64,000 nucleotides of DNA. Source: Clostridiales bacterium. Its GTDB lineage: Bacteria > Bacillota > Clostridia > Saccharofermentanales > Saccharofermentanaceae. The notes beneath the pieces are model-generated. The model was not told where the DNA came from and made no database searches. It saw only the letters and a program-made list of their open reading frames with translations. The translations under genes and the position numbers were made by a program. Of the stretch, positions 9,090 through 18,694 are shown in pieces. Every line of letters starts with the position of its first letter. Position 1 is the first letter of the stretch. Location: positions 64,001-128,000 of the forward strand of contig JAFWDK010000019.1 in the NCBI GenBank assembly GCA_017513085.1, written 5' to 3'.

Positions 9090-10092
9090 TCACCCGTTCT
9101 CACATATCTATGTTGAGAAAGCAGCATCTGACCATCCTCTTACCCAAGCGATCCTCGCACGTTTTTCCAAGTCCGTCATAATTCCTGTCGGACATTACAA
9201 AGATGTGTTCAATCGTCCAAGACAGAACTTTGGCATACAGAAACAGTCACAGGCTCTGATACTTGCGAAAAACCGCGGCGCCTCGATCTTTCCGGGTGCG
9301 CCGGTCTGTCAGGATTTCGGTTATGACCACTTCTACTATGCAAGTTCGATCCGAAACTGCATCTTCGATTGCGACTATTGCTTTTTAAAAGGAATGTACG
9401 GATCCGGAAACATTGTCGTTTTCGTCAATCTCGAGGATACTTTTTCCGAACTGGAGAAATTGCTTGCCGAGCACCCTGTATATCTTTGCATCTCTTACGA
9501 TACCGACCTCATCGCTTTAGAATCGCTTACCGGATTCACGTCCCGTTGGATCGAATTTACAAGAACGCATAAAGATCTGACGATCGAGATCCGCACAAAA
9601 TCTTTTCGAAAAGATATCTACGATAAAACTGAACCATGCGATCGGGTGATCTTCGCCTACACGATATCTCCCCGATCCATCATCGAGAGATACGAAAGCA
9701 AGACCGCCACGCTTTCCGAACGAATCGCTGCCGCTTCGTACGCAATGGCAAAAGGTTTTCCGGTCCGGCTTTGTTTTGATCCGATCATTTATTGCAAAGA
9801 TTGGAAAGATGCGTATTCATCAATGATTCAGGAAGTGTCGGAAAATATAGATATGCATCAATTAAAAGATGTAAGCATCGGATCTTTTCGCATCCCTTCG
9901 GACTACATACACAAACTGAGAAGAGATTTCCCTTCTTCGCCCGTATGCCAATTCCCGTATGAAAACATAAACGGCGTCTTCCAGTATCCTGAAAAGATAC
10001 GGGCCGGAATGGAAGATTATCTGGGATCCCTGCTTCAAAACTTGATATCCAAAGACAGAATATATAAAATCGATACTAACCAAGTACCTTAA
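9064..10092 (+). CDS. Spore photoproduct lyase-like radical SAM protein
   Basis: NCIFDCDYCFL (CX3CX2C), VFVNLED, EIRTKS, ERIAAA and FDPII resemble the SplB family. Confidence 0.85.
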   Translation: MPSGNDLFNHPFSHIYVEKAASDHPLTQAILARFSKSVIIPVGHYKDVFNRPRQNFGIQKQSQALILAKNRGASIFPGAPVCQDFGYDHFYYASSIRNCIFDCDYCFLKGMYGSGNIVVFVNLEDTFSELEKLLAEHPVYLCISYDTDLIALESLTGFTSRWIEFTRTHKDLTIEIRTKSFRKDIYDKTEPCDRVIFAYTISPRSIIERYESKTATLSERIAAASYAMAKGFPVRLCFDPIIYCKDWKDAYSSMIQEVSENIDMHQLKDVSIGSFRIPSDYIHKLRRDFPSSPVCQFPYENINGVFQYPEKIRAGMEDYLGSLLQNLISKDRIYKIDTNQVP

Positions 10093-10105
10093 AGGAGGTC
10101 TTCCT

Positions 10106-10720
10106 TTGAACGATATACGACTCAACAACGAACACAAAATGAGACCTGAGGACGTCAGAAACTGTCCCAAATGCGGCGCCCCTATTCTTTCCGAAGTCTG
10201 CCAGTTTTGCGGCACATATATCGGAAAGGTCGCCACTTCAGACCTGACTCCGGAATATCCGCTGATCGAATGCAAACAGGCAAAGATCACCTTCTGGACC
10301 GTCGGATTCCCGCTGGTCTTCGGATTAATGTTTTCTCTCGCCGCGTTACCTTTTCTATTCGCCCGTGAAGAGATCAAAGGCATAGATCTTCCGAATACCT
10401 ATAACACCTTTTTGATTCCGTTTATCTTGATCGGTCTGGCCTCCATCGGCTTCGCCTTCTATCGTTCCTTCCGTACCATTCAGGTCATGTTGAAGGGAAC
10501 CCTTCGAAGCGGTGTGGTATATGGCTATATGGACGACACCGTCGCATATAACGGAGTGAACGGTCAGAAAGTGAAGATCCTTGTAGATACGGCCGAAGGG
10601 AAAAAGTTTATCCTTCTTCCACTCGGAACCACTTCCAAACCCTACGAGGTAAACAGTCAGGTAAATGTTAAGCTGTTGAACAACTGGGCAGTCATTCTTC
10701 GACAGAAGACGCAATGGTGA
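10106..10720 (+). CDS. Zn-ribbon, two-TM membrane protein
   Basis: CPKCG...CQFCG, then two hydrophobic helices and a beta-rich tail; AGGAGG RBS before a TTG start. Confidence 0.75.
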   Translation: MNDIRLNNEHKMRPEDVRNCPKCGAPILSEVCQFCGTYIGKVATSDLTPEYPLIECKQAKITFWTVGFPLVFGLMFSLAALPFLFAREEIKGIDLPNTYNTFLIPFILIGLASIGFAFYRSFRTIQVMLKGTLRSGVVYGYMDDTVAYNGVNGQKVKILVDTAEGKKFILLPLGTTSKPYEVNSQVNVKLLNNWAVILRQKTQW

Positions 10721-10752
10721 CAAAAACCATATTTTCTATACGTGAGGGAAAA

Positions 10753-11457
10753 ATGAGCAAAACAGCAATTCTCACAGGAGCATCATCCGGAATCGGCAAA
10801 GCCATAAGTGAAGTGCTTTTGGATATGGACTATGAGGTCTTCGGTATCGGCAGAGATTTTTCCGAGGCGGAGGAGCTTGCTTTGCGTCCGTCATTTCACC
10901 GGGTCGAGCTGGATCTTCTGAACACTTCAGAAGTCGAAAAAACGATCCGGGAAATGAGCAAAGGACGAGGCATCGATCTTTTGGTCAACTGTGCCGGCGT
11001 CGGTTTTTACGGACTTCACGAGGAACTAAAGGTCAAGGACATTTCCGCTATGGTGCGTACCAATTTAGAAGTCCCGCTTCTTCTTACCAACCTTCTCCTT
11101 CGGAAACTAAAAGAGAGCAAAGGAACGATCCTTAATATCGCCTCGGTTACCGCCCAACAGAGCAATCCGCACGGCGCGGCATACGGCGCTACCAAAGCAG
11201 GGCTTTTAAGTTTCTCGAAAAGCCTTTTCGACGAAGCAAGAAAATACGGTGTCAAAGTCACCACTATCCTACCGGACATGACGGATACCAATCTGTACCG
11301 GAATGCTGATTTCGAATCATCGAAAGAAGAGAATGCGCGGTTGCTTCCTGCAGATATTTCCGATGCCGTGAAGTACATTCTTCAGGCGGATCCTCATATG
11401 ACGATCACGGAATTCACGGTTCGTCCGCAGCTTCACCGGATCGAAAAGAAACCCTGA
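10753..11457 (+). CDS. Short-chain dehydrogenase/reductase
   Basis: TGASSGIG, LVNCAG and YGATK (YxxxK). Confidence 0.93.
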   Translation: MSKTAILTGASSGIGKAISEVLLDMDYEVFGIGRDFSEAEELALRPSFHRVELDLLNTSEVEKTIREMSKGRGIDLLVNCAGVGFYGLHEELKVKDISAMVRTNLEVPLLLTNLLLRKLKESKGTILNIASVTAQQSNPHGAAYGATKAGLLSFSKSLFDEARKYGVKVTTILPDMTDTNLYRNADFESSKEENARLLPADISDAVKYILQADPHMTITEFTVRPQLHRIEKKP

Positions 11458-12333
11458 TCACAGTCTGTAAATAAAGTGCTTTTCCATGACGTCATCCCGC
11501 TTCGAACCGATGATCTCGCCACGGATCTGTTCCAGGTCAAAAGCACATTTCCAAAGGAAATCATAGTCTCCGCCCTTCTGCTCATAAACTCTCGAGCCAT
11601 ACGAAACTTTCCCGTCAGAAGAGACCTGAATGTCCTGCATCGCTATGCAGTTATATACTTCTCTTTTGTCTCCGGCTTTTGTTGTTAACGTCGACTGATA
11701 GAAGAAGAAAAGATAGCTTTCGTTTTTGGATGTGACCAGGTAGGTTTCTAGAAGTATCGGCGTACCTGAAAGGCTCCATCTCTCGTCTGCAGATACAATG
11801 ATATTACTACTGTGAACCTTCTCGGCCTGCTGAAGAGCTGCGCCTTCCGCCTGTTCAAGGAAATGCGGATCTTTCAGGAGATCTGCTCTGCTCACATGGT
11901 CATTCTTTCGGATATTCTCTTTCTGTGTTGTAACAGGTGTTGCCATCTCCGTTTTTGCATCACGTTGCACATAATACTTGATCATGAACCCGCTTGCAAA
12001 ACAAACCGCAAGTATCACGCCAAAGATGATCAACGTACGTCTCAGGCGTCTCATTTTCTCTTTGATCTTTCGCTTTCTCTCCTGACGCGCAGCTTCTTCT
12101 TCCGCCTCGATCTGACGCTGTTCTTCCTGCGCATAGTAATCTTCCAACTCCTGTTTCTGTCTTTCTAAGGAAAGACGGATGTGTTCCTCCGCATTCGCGA
12201 TCTGTTCGTATTCGGCATCACTTGCATCCTTCTCGACGTCTCTGACTGCGCCACAATATGCGCAGACCAGTTTTCCGTCTTCAAAGTGCATGGGAGACTC
12301 ACAAAGCTTACAGGTCAAAACTTTCAGTTTCAT
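11458..12333 (-). CDS. Zn-ribbon/coiled-coil/single-TM protein (paralogue 3)
   Basis: CKLC...CAYCG, E/R/K-rich helix, one TM and a C-terminal domain. Confidence 0.8.
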   Translation of the reverse strand: MKLKVLTCKLCESPMHFEDGKLVCAYCGAVRDVEKDASDAEYEQIANAEEHIRLSLERQKQELEDYYAQEEQRQIEAEEEAARQERKRKIKEKMRRLRRTLIIFGVILAVCFASGFMIKYYVQRDAKTEMATPVTTQKENIRKNDHVSRADLLKDPHFLEQAEGAALQQAEKVHSSNIIVSADERWSLSGTPILLETYLVTSKNESYLFFFYQSTLTTKAGDKREVYNCIAMQDIQVSSDGKVSYGSRVYEQKGGDYDFLWKCAFDLEQIRGEIIGSKRDDVMEKHFIYRL

Positions 12334-13217
12334 CCGTTCTCTCCTCCCTTTCCGTCCTCGAATACCTGATCGATCTTGAAAGAAGTGCTCTCGTACTCAC
12401 CTTCGATACATTCCAGATAGAGTTGATCTGCTTCCCTGTATCCACCAAATGTTCCATTTGTCCGGTTTCCCATAGAGCATACATAATCTGTTTCGATCAT
12501 TTTGGTCATTTCATTCAGCGAAAACCTTGGAATAATCACACAGTCATAGATCGTGAATTCTTCTTTCGTATCCTGATATTCATATACAGACTCAAAGAAG
12601 ATACAGAGTTTGCTTTTAGCTGAACTATCGATCATAACATAGGCATCATAAGGCTTTGGTGTATCCTTGATCTTAGCTTCTCTACTATTCACATAAGCAG
12701 GATCATAAAAGATCGTGCTTCTTTCCGAAAAGAGATAGTCCTGCCCTTCGAGAGCTGCATTCTCCACCACGCTCCGATCGCTATTCAGCGCCTGGGTCAT
12801 TTCACTCATTATTTCCTGAGCCTTCACCTTCATTTCCTTTTTGGAAGCCTTGACCGAATGACTGAAATAGACGATCAACCCGATCAAGCCGCCAAGGAAA
12901 AGAAAGATGGAAATATAGTAGGAAGCAACGATCGAAGCAATCTTACGGATATCGTTCTTCTTCTCTCGTTCAAAGTCACGGTGCAGTTTATTCTGCTCCA
13001 TCTGTTCTTTCAGCCTGTGCCTGGTCTGCAGCAACTCCTGATCCCGCGCAATAAGCTGTCTTGTACGATCCGCCTGCGTAACCAGATCCGTATACTTCAC
13101 ATCATTTTCATCGTAGTCGATCGTAAATGCCGACCCGCAACTTGTACAAAAGAAAGAATCGCCCTGCTGGCTCAGGTTGCCATTACACTGAGGGCAGTTA
13201 AGATTTGTAAGTTTCAT
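12330..13217 (-). CDS. Zn-ribbon/coiled-coil/single-TM protein (paralogue 2)
   Basis: CPQC...CTSCG with the same architecture; GGAGG RBS. Confidence 0.8.
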   Translation of the reverse strand: MKLTNLNCPQCNGNLSQQGDSFFCTSCGSAFTIDYDENDVKYTDLVTQADRTRQLIARDQELLQTRHRLKEQMEQNKLHRDFEREKKNDIRKIASIVASYYISIFLFLGGLIGLIVYFSHSVKASKKEMKVKAQEIMSEMTQALNSDRSVVENAALEGQDYLFSERSTIFYDPAYVNSREAKIKDTPKPYDAYVMIDSSAKSKLCIFFESVYEYQDTKEEFTIYDCVIIPRFSLNEMTKMIETDYVCSMGNRTNGTFGGYREADQLYLECIEGEYESTSFKIDQVFEDGKGGENG

Positions 13218-13229
13218 CTCGTGCCCTCC

Positions 13230-14129
13230 TTAACCATTTATCTTCTGCTTTTCATTTCCGTTCGCGGAAAAATCAAACTCCAAAAGCATCGAAGCATTTT
13301 TCCTCACGTCCAGCCGATTATCTTTGTGAAGATCTTCCAGGCTCTCATATCCGGCGATCCTCCAGATATATTTCTCATCATAAGTTCTCGTTGCCGCAAA
13401 AGAACTCTCAACATGTCCGTTCTCGTCCAATGTACCCGAAAGCATGATCGTGTATGCCGAAAAGACTTCTTGCGTCCGCTCTCCAGACTGTGTCTGATAA
13501 GTAGTCTTATAAACCAGAATGAGCCGCTTGTCTGACGATGTTTGTTGTAGATAACTCTCAATCAACTCAGGCTCACCGCACCTTATTGCAATCTCTTCCG
13601 GATCGGAAAGCTCGATTTCTTCCTTACCGTCATACTTAGCATAATACTTCGCAGAAGAAAGCAGTTTCTTCTGCAGATCCTGATCAGCGGATATCGCACG
13701 TGAAATCTCTTTAAGCGTAGCACCTCGTGAGGGGCCGAAAGCGGTCCCGCCATTTTTGCCGAACACGCCGCCGAATAATAACCCGGTCATGGCTAAATTC
13801 ATCACAAAATTAATGATCCCGATAACAGCCATAACAGAAAACACTATAATGATCGGTTTAAAACGTTTCCTCCGGTTGAGCTGCGACTCCCGCAAATTCC
13901 GGTTCCGCTGCTCAGCCTCCTGGATCTGTCTGCTGGTAGTATTAAGTGTCTGCAGACGTTCTTTCTCCGCATCCGCCCGATCTTTTTCCGTCGCCTGGCG
14001 GATACGCTCCACGTCATCACTTTCCCAATCTACGGCAAAAGAACTTCCGCAGCTCATGCAGACCCACTGATTGTTCTGAAAGACCATCCGGCCCCCACAA
14101 TTACTGCATTTTCTAACGTCTGTCTGCAC
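13230..14129 (-). CDS. Zn-ribbon/coiled-coil/single-TM protein (paralogue 1)
   Basis: CSNC...CMSCG with the same architecture; GTG start, with a TG-n-TATAAT promoter upstream (plus 14208-14213). Confidence 0.8.
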   Translation of the reverse strand: MQTDVRKCSNCGGRMVFQNNQWVCMSCGSSFAVDWESDDVERIRQATEKDRADAEKERLQTLNTTSRQIQEAEQRNRNLRESQLNRRKRFKPIIIVFSVMAVIGIINFVMNLAMTGLLFGGVFGKNGGTAFGPSRGATLKEISRAISADQDLQKKLLSSAKYYAKYDGKEEIELSDPEEIAIRCGEPELIESYLQQTSSDKRLILVYKTTYQTQSGERTQEVFSAYTIMLSGTLDENGHVESSFAATRTYDEKYIWRIAGYESLEDLHKDNRLDVRKNASMLLEFDFSANGNEKQKING

Positions 14130-14384
14130 AGTGTCTCTTCCTTTGCTCGCAAAAAATAGTAACTTCAGGGCAAAACCGGAACTTGGCGCCCATATACTTG
14201 CGAAACAATTATAGCATAACGGGAGAACACCCCAACACAGAAGAAAACAGCTTTTGCAGGCAGAATTATAAGCAGGATCAGCAAGTTAGATATCTTTTTT
14301 CCAAAAAACCGCTTCGTCAGTTTTGTTTTGACCGGATTCGTATTATTATAAAAGTGCTTTTGAAACTGAAAGGGAGTGACGGGT

Positions 14385-15077
14385 ATGGGAACGATCACAG
14401 CATTTGGCGATTCTGTATTAAAAGGTGTTATCTACGAAGATGAGCATTATCGAGTTGCCGACGAATCATTTCAGAAAATATGCGAACAGTATTTCGGCAT
14501 CACCATCGAAAACCGGGCCAGATTTGGCAGTACCATCAGCAAGGGAGAAAGCGTGTTCGAGAAGAACCTCTCTCTGATCAAAGAATCCGATGGCGATTAT
14601 GTGGTTTTGGAGTTCGGCGGAAATGATTGCGACTTCAACTGGAAAGAAATCTCGGAAGATCCTGATCGCAAGCATCTTCCCATGAGCACCATCAGCAACT
14701 TCACCACCACATATACAAACATTATCAACGAGATCAAAAACATGGGAAAGATCCCGGTCCTGCTTTCTCTTCCGCCGATCGACTCAGCAAGATATTTCGC
14801 ACAGATCTCCCGAGGTCTTTCTTCTGAAAACATCATGAAGTGGATGAAAAACGATCGGCAGTACATCACCAACTGGCACGAGAGATACAATATCGAGATC
14901 TTCAAGCTGGCTATCGCCACGAGTGTTCCGGTCATTGACATCACATCCATTTTTCTCGAGAAGAAGAACTACTCCCGGTTCCTTTGTGTAGATGGGATCC
15001 ATCCGAATGCGGAAGGACACAAACTTATCGCGAAAGCCATCGAAGAACACGTCCGCAGGAAAAACATACAGTTATAA
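14385..15077 (+). CDS. SGNH/GDSL hydrolase
   Basis: FGDS, FGGND and DGIHPN blocks. Confidence 0.93.
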   Translation: MGTITAFGDSVLKGVIYEDEHYRVADESFQKICEQYFGITIENRARFGSTISKGESVFEKNLSLIKESDGDYVVLEFGGNDCDFNWKEISEDPDRKHLPMSTISNFTTTYTNIINEIKNMGKIPVLLSLPPIDSARYFAQISRGLSSENIMKWMKNDRQYITNWHERYNIEIFKLAIATSVPVIDITSIFLEKKNYSRFLCVDGIHPNAEGHKLIAKAIEEHVRRKNIQL

Positions 15078-15086
15078 AACCGACGC

Positions 15087-15133
15087 AAAAAGAAGAGGAC
15101 AGTCTCATGACCAAGACTGTCCTCTTTGTTTTT
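15087..15133. terminator. Bidirectional intrinsic terminator between the GDSL gene and rho
   Basis: AAGAGGACAGTCT / AGACTGTCCTCTT inverted repeat flanked by A-rich and T-rich runs. Confidence 0.9.
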
Positions 15134-15152
15134 ATTCATTTATCGCAAACCA

Positions 15153-17261
15153 TCAGTTCGCACTGTTTCCGTTTGCGCTGCCGTTCGCACCTGTTCCACG
15201 CATCGCATCGAACACTTCTTTATCCGCAAAAGAAACCTTGACGGAACGGATAAAGTGATCGTTGGAATTGGTACGGAGCAAAAGGTTGATGATCGTCTCG
15301 GTGACCGGAGCGGTCTCCATCTGCGAAAATGCTTTTCGGATCGTCCATACCGCATCGAGTTCTTCCTGAGACATCAGGAGATCCTCACGACGTGTACCGG
15401 ATTTGTTGATATCGATAGCCGGGAAGATACGCTTCTCGGACAGTTTTCTGTCGAGATACACTTCCATGTTACCTGTACCCTTGAATTCCTCGAAAATAAC
15501 TTCGTCCATTCTCGATCCGGTCTCAATAAGAGAAGTCGCCACGATCGTAAGACTTCCGCCGTTTTCAATGTTTCGGGCCGCACCGAAGAAGCGCTTCGGT
15601 CCATAGAGAGATCCCGGATCCAGACCACCGGACAGTGTTCGGCCGGTCGGTGTGATCGTTAAGTTATATGCACGGGCAAGACGTGTCATGGAATCAAGCA
15701 GGATCACAACATCCTCACCCATCTCCACGAGACGCATAGCACGCTCGAGAACCAGTTCGGTAACACGTGTATGATTCTCCGGTTTCTTATCGAATGTGGA
15801 ATAGACAACTTCACCCTTGATGGAACGTTGCATATCCGTAACTTCCTCCGGACGCTCATCGATCAGAAGCACGATCAGTTTTGTCTTCGGGCTGTTCTGG
15901 GAGATCGCATTGGCGATCTTCTGCAAAAGAATCGTCTTACCTGCTTTCGGCGGGGAAACGATCATACCACGCTGACCTTTACCGATTGGTGAAACCAGGT
16001 CGATAATACGTGTGGACAGTTCCTGTTTACCGGTTTCCAGACGGAATCTTTCATTCGGATAGATCGGTGTCAATCTTTCGAAATGAGGACGCTTGCCCAG
16101 CTTATCCAATTCCACTCCGTTTACGGTAGTGATATAACTCAAAGCCAGATTCTTGTCCTGGTTCTTCTTCGGGAGTGCAAAACCCTGGATCTGGTCACCC
16201 ATACGAAGACCGAATCTTCTGATAATATTGTTCGGAACGAAAATATCCTGCGGCGAAGGCAGATAATTCTCTCTTCTTACAAAACCGTATCCACCTTCCG
16301 ACACGATCTCCAGCACTCCGATAAATTCGGTCGGCTCGATCTGCGGTCTGTTATTCTGTTCCGGACGGGATTCACCTTCCCCGTTTTCTCCATCTTCCAC
16401 AGTTGCACTTTCCGCGATCGGAGCAGATTCGCCTGCCGGGCGGATCTCTACGCTTCTATGACGTGATTTCTTATTCTTGGAAGGTTTCTCAGACGGCGTC
16501 GGCTTATTATCCTGTTTTTTCTCTTCTTTGTTTACGTCAGGAGCAACCTCTTCCGGCTTCTTTTCTTCCGGCTTCGGCTCGTCCTTCTTCTCGTCCTTCG
16601 GTTCTTCGGAAACCTTGTTCTCAGAAGCCGCTTCCTTGGTCTCTTTCTTCGTCTTTCGAGAACGGCCCTTGGAAGACTTTTCTTCTTTCTTATCTGCCTT
16701 ATCTGCCTTTTCCGAAACGACCGGCTCCGTCACTGCGGGTTCAGCCGCAACAGGAGTTTCCTCCTTATCTTTCGGTTCTTCTGTCTTCTTTCGGGAACGG
16801 CCTTTGCTCTTTGCAGCAGACGTATCCTTCTTAGGTGCCTCCTCTGCTTTCTTCTCAGATTCTGAAGATCCTTCACTGTTTTTCTCGATCAGTTCCTCAA
16901 TCGGCAGAGCCTCACTCTCCGTTTTCTTGGCAGCCTTCTTCGAAGCCGGTTTCTTCGCAGCCTTAGCGGGTTTCTCCGTCTTCGGTTTAGCTTCCTCTTT
17001 CTTCTCGACCGCGTCGGCTTTTTCTGCCTTCGCTGTTGTCTTTCTCGAAGTTGCCTTCTTTGTTGTCTTCGCAGCCTTCTCGGCCTTAGGCGGTTCTGCC
17101 GTCTGCTCGATCGCTTCAGACATCTTCTGTTCGCGATTCAAAAGATCGGCAAGCTGCTGCTGCGTCATTGCCTGCGCCTGTTCTTCCGTCACAAGGTGAA
17201 AGGTGACAGCGATGGTCGCAAGTGCTTCTTTACTCTTAGAAGAAAAATCGTCTTTTGACAC
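15153..17261 (-). CDS. rho: Transcription termination factor Rho with long low-complexity N-terminus
   Basis: [30 protein letters not shown] and FKGTGNME motifs. Confidence 0.98.
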   Translation of the reverse strand: MSKDDFSSKSKEALATIAVTFHLVTEEQAQAMTQQQLADLLNREQKMSEAIEQTAEPPKAEKAAKTTKKATSRKTTAKAEKADAVEKKEEAKPKTEKPAKAAKKPASKKAAKKTESEALPIEELIEKNSEGSSESEKKAEEAPKKDTSAAKSKGRSRKKTEEPKDKEETPVAAEPAVTEPVVSEKADKADKKEEKSSKGRSRKTKKETKEAASENKVSEEPKDEKKDEPKPEEKKPEEVAPDVNKEEKKQDNKPTPSEKPSKNKKSRHRSVEIRPAGESAPIAESATVEDGENGEGESRPEQNNRPQIEPTEFIGVLEIVSEGGYGFVRRENYLPSPQDIFVPNNIIRRFGLRMGDQIQGFALPKKNQDKNLALSYITTVNGVELDKLGKRPHFERLTPIYPNERFRLETGKQELSTRIIDLVSPIGKGQRGMIVSPPKAGKTILLQKIANAISQNSPKTKLIVLLIDERPEEVTDMQRSIKGEVVYSTFDKKPENHTRVTELVLERAMRLVEMGEDVVILLDSMTRLARAYNLTITPTGRTLSGGLDPGSLYGPKRFFGAARNIENGGSLTIVATSLIETGSRMDEVIFEEFKGTGNMEVYLDRKLSEKRIFPAIDINKSGTRREDLLMSQEELDAVWTIRKAFSQMETAPVTETIINLLLRTNSNDHFIRSVKVSFADKEVFDAMRGTGANGSANGNSAN

Positions 17262-17486
17262 AAAATTACCTCGTAAAAAATTGGAATCGGTTATGTTTGA
17301 ATATAGAAGGACACCCTTCTTATAAAATCATATGGATCAACACATCACATGAAAAAAAAGAATAATTACACCTCATCTGTATTCAACATGTCTGCAAATA
17401 CTGCAGAAAGAATACATCACTAAAACCGTTGTCATTATATACGTAAAATCGAGAAATTGTCAACTTAAAATCCACACTCGGCCACA

Positions 17487-17518
17487 AAGAAAAAAACTGC
17501 CCCGAAAGGGACAGTTTC
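17487..17518 (-). terminator. Terminator after mreB
   Basis: AAACTGTCCC-TTTC-GGGGCAGTTT followed by TTTTCTTT on the minus strand. Confidence 0.85.
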
Positions 17519-17546
17519 GAATAATCGTAATCAGACTCATCAAGGA

Positions 17547-18557
17547 TCAGGTATCACCCAAAGCGGCGAACTTATCCATCATGCTCAAAGCCTTACCTGT
17601 TCCGATGGCTACACAGCTGACCGTATCTTCTGCAACATACACATCGATACCGATCTTTGTGGCCAGCATGCGGTCAAGACCATAAAGCAGCGCACCGCCA
17701 CCGGTCATAACGATACCACGTTGTGAGATATCCGCCATAAGCTCCGGCGGAGTTCTCTCAAGAACAGAGTGTACTGCATCAAAGATGGCAGCAACCGGTT
17801 CTTCGAGCGCTTCGAGCATCTCGGTGGAAGAAACCGTAACAGTCGCCGGAAGACCGGTGATCAGGTTACGTCCACGTACATCCATTGTCATTTCTTCTTC
17901 TCTCGGATACGCGCATCCGATATTGATCTTCAGCTCTTCTGCCGTCTTCTCACCAATGAGGACATTGTGTTTACGGCGGACGTGCTTGACGATTGCTTCA
18001 TCGAACTTATCACCGGCAACCTTCAAGGAAAAGTCAACTACCGGCTCGCAAAGAGAGATCACCGCGATATCTGTCGTACCACCACCGATATCAACGATCA
18101 TGGAACCGCAAGCTTTCGTAATATCGATACCTGCGCCAATGGCGGCAGCAATCGGTTCACGGATCAGGAATACGTCTTTCGCGCCGGCATGACGGCAAGC
18201 ATCTTCTACGGCTTTCTGCTCAACCGGTGTGATCACAGACGGTACGCATACAACGATCGTCGGACGGAAATATGTCGCACGGATACCCTGACAGACACGA
18301 CCGATAAATGCCTTCAGCATGACCTCGGTAACCTTAAAGTCAGAAATAACGCCATCACGCAGAGGACGGATGGCTTCTACGACACCCGGTGTACGTCCAA
18401 GCATCAGGCTGGCGCTCTCACCAACCGCAAGAACGGTTCCGGTTTTTGTATTGACGGCAACTACGGATGGTTCCTTGAGAACAACACCCTTACCGCGAAC
18501 ATAGATCAAAACACTACTCGTGCCTAAATCGATACCAATATCTAATCCTAAGCCCAT
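17547..18557 (-). CDS. mreB: Rod shape-determining actin homologue (MreB/Mbl)
   Basis: IGIDLGT, EPSVVA, DIGGGTTD and TGGGALL; GAGG RBS before MGLG. Confidence 0.95.
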   Translation of the reverse strand: MGLGLDIGIDLGTSSVLIYVRGKGVVLKEPSVVAVNTKTGTVLAVGESASLMLGRTPGVVEAIRPLRDGVISDFKVTEVMLKAFIGRVCQGIRATYFRPTIVVCVPSVITPVEQKAVEDACRHAGAKDVFLIREPIAAAIGAGIDITKACGSMIVDIGGGTTDIAVISLCEPVVDFSLKVAGDKFDEAIVKHVRRKHNVLIGEKTAEELKINIGCAYPREEEMTMDVRGRNLITGLPATVTVSSTEMLEALEEPVAAIFDAVHSVLERTPPELMADISQRGIVMTGGGALLYGLDRMLATKIGIDVYVAEDTVSCVAIGTGKALSMMDKFAALGDT

Positions 18558-18694
18558 ATTATCAACACCTCGAATATAAGAAAATACGCCTTGCGTATTG
18601 TTATGCACACAAATAAGCACGTTAATGATACAATAAAAGCACATATCTTTCAATGTTGCTTGTTTGCATTCATTTTACAAATCGGAGTTAAATT

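Noticed and set aside
14147-14203. Possible structured 5' UTR (TCGCAAG/TTTGCGA and GGGCG/TGCCC) ahead of the Zn-ribbon triplet
   Set aside because: The stems are short, there is no recognisable riboswitch motif or terminator, and it could arise by chance.
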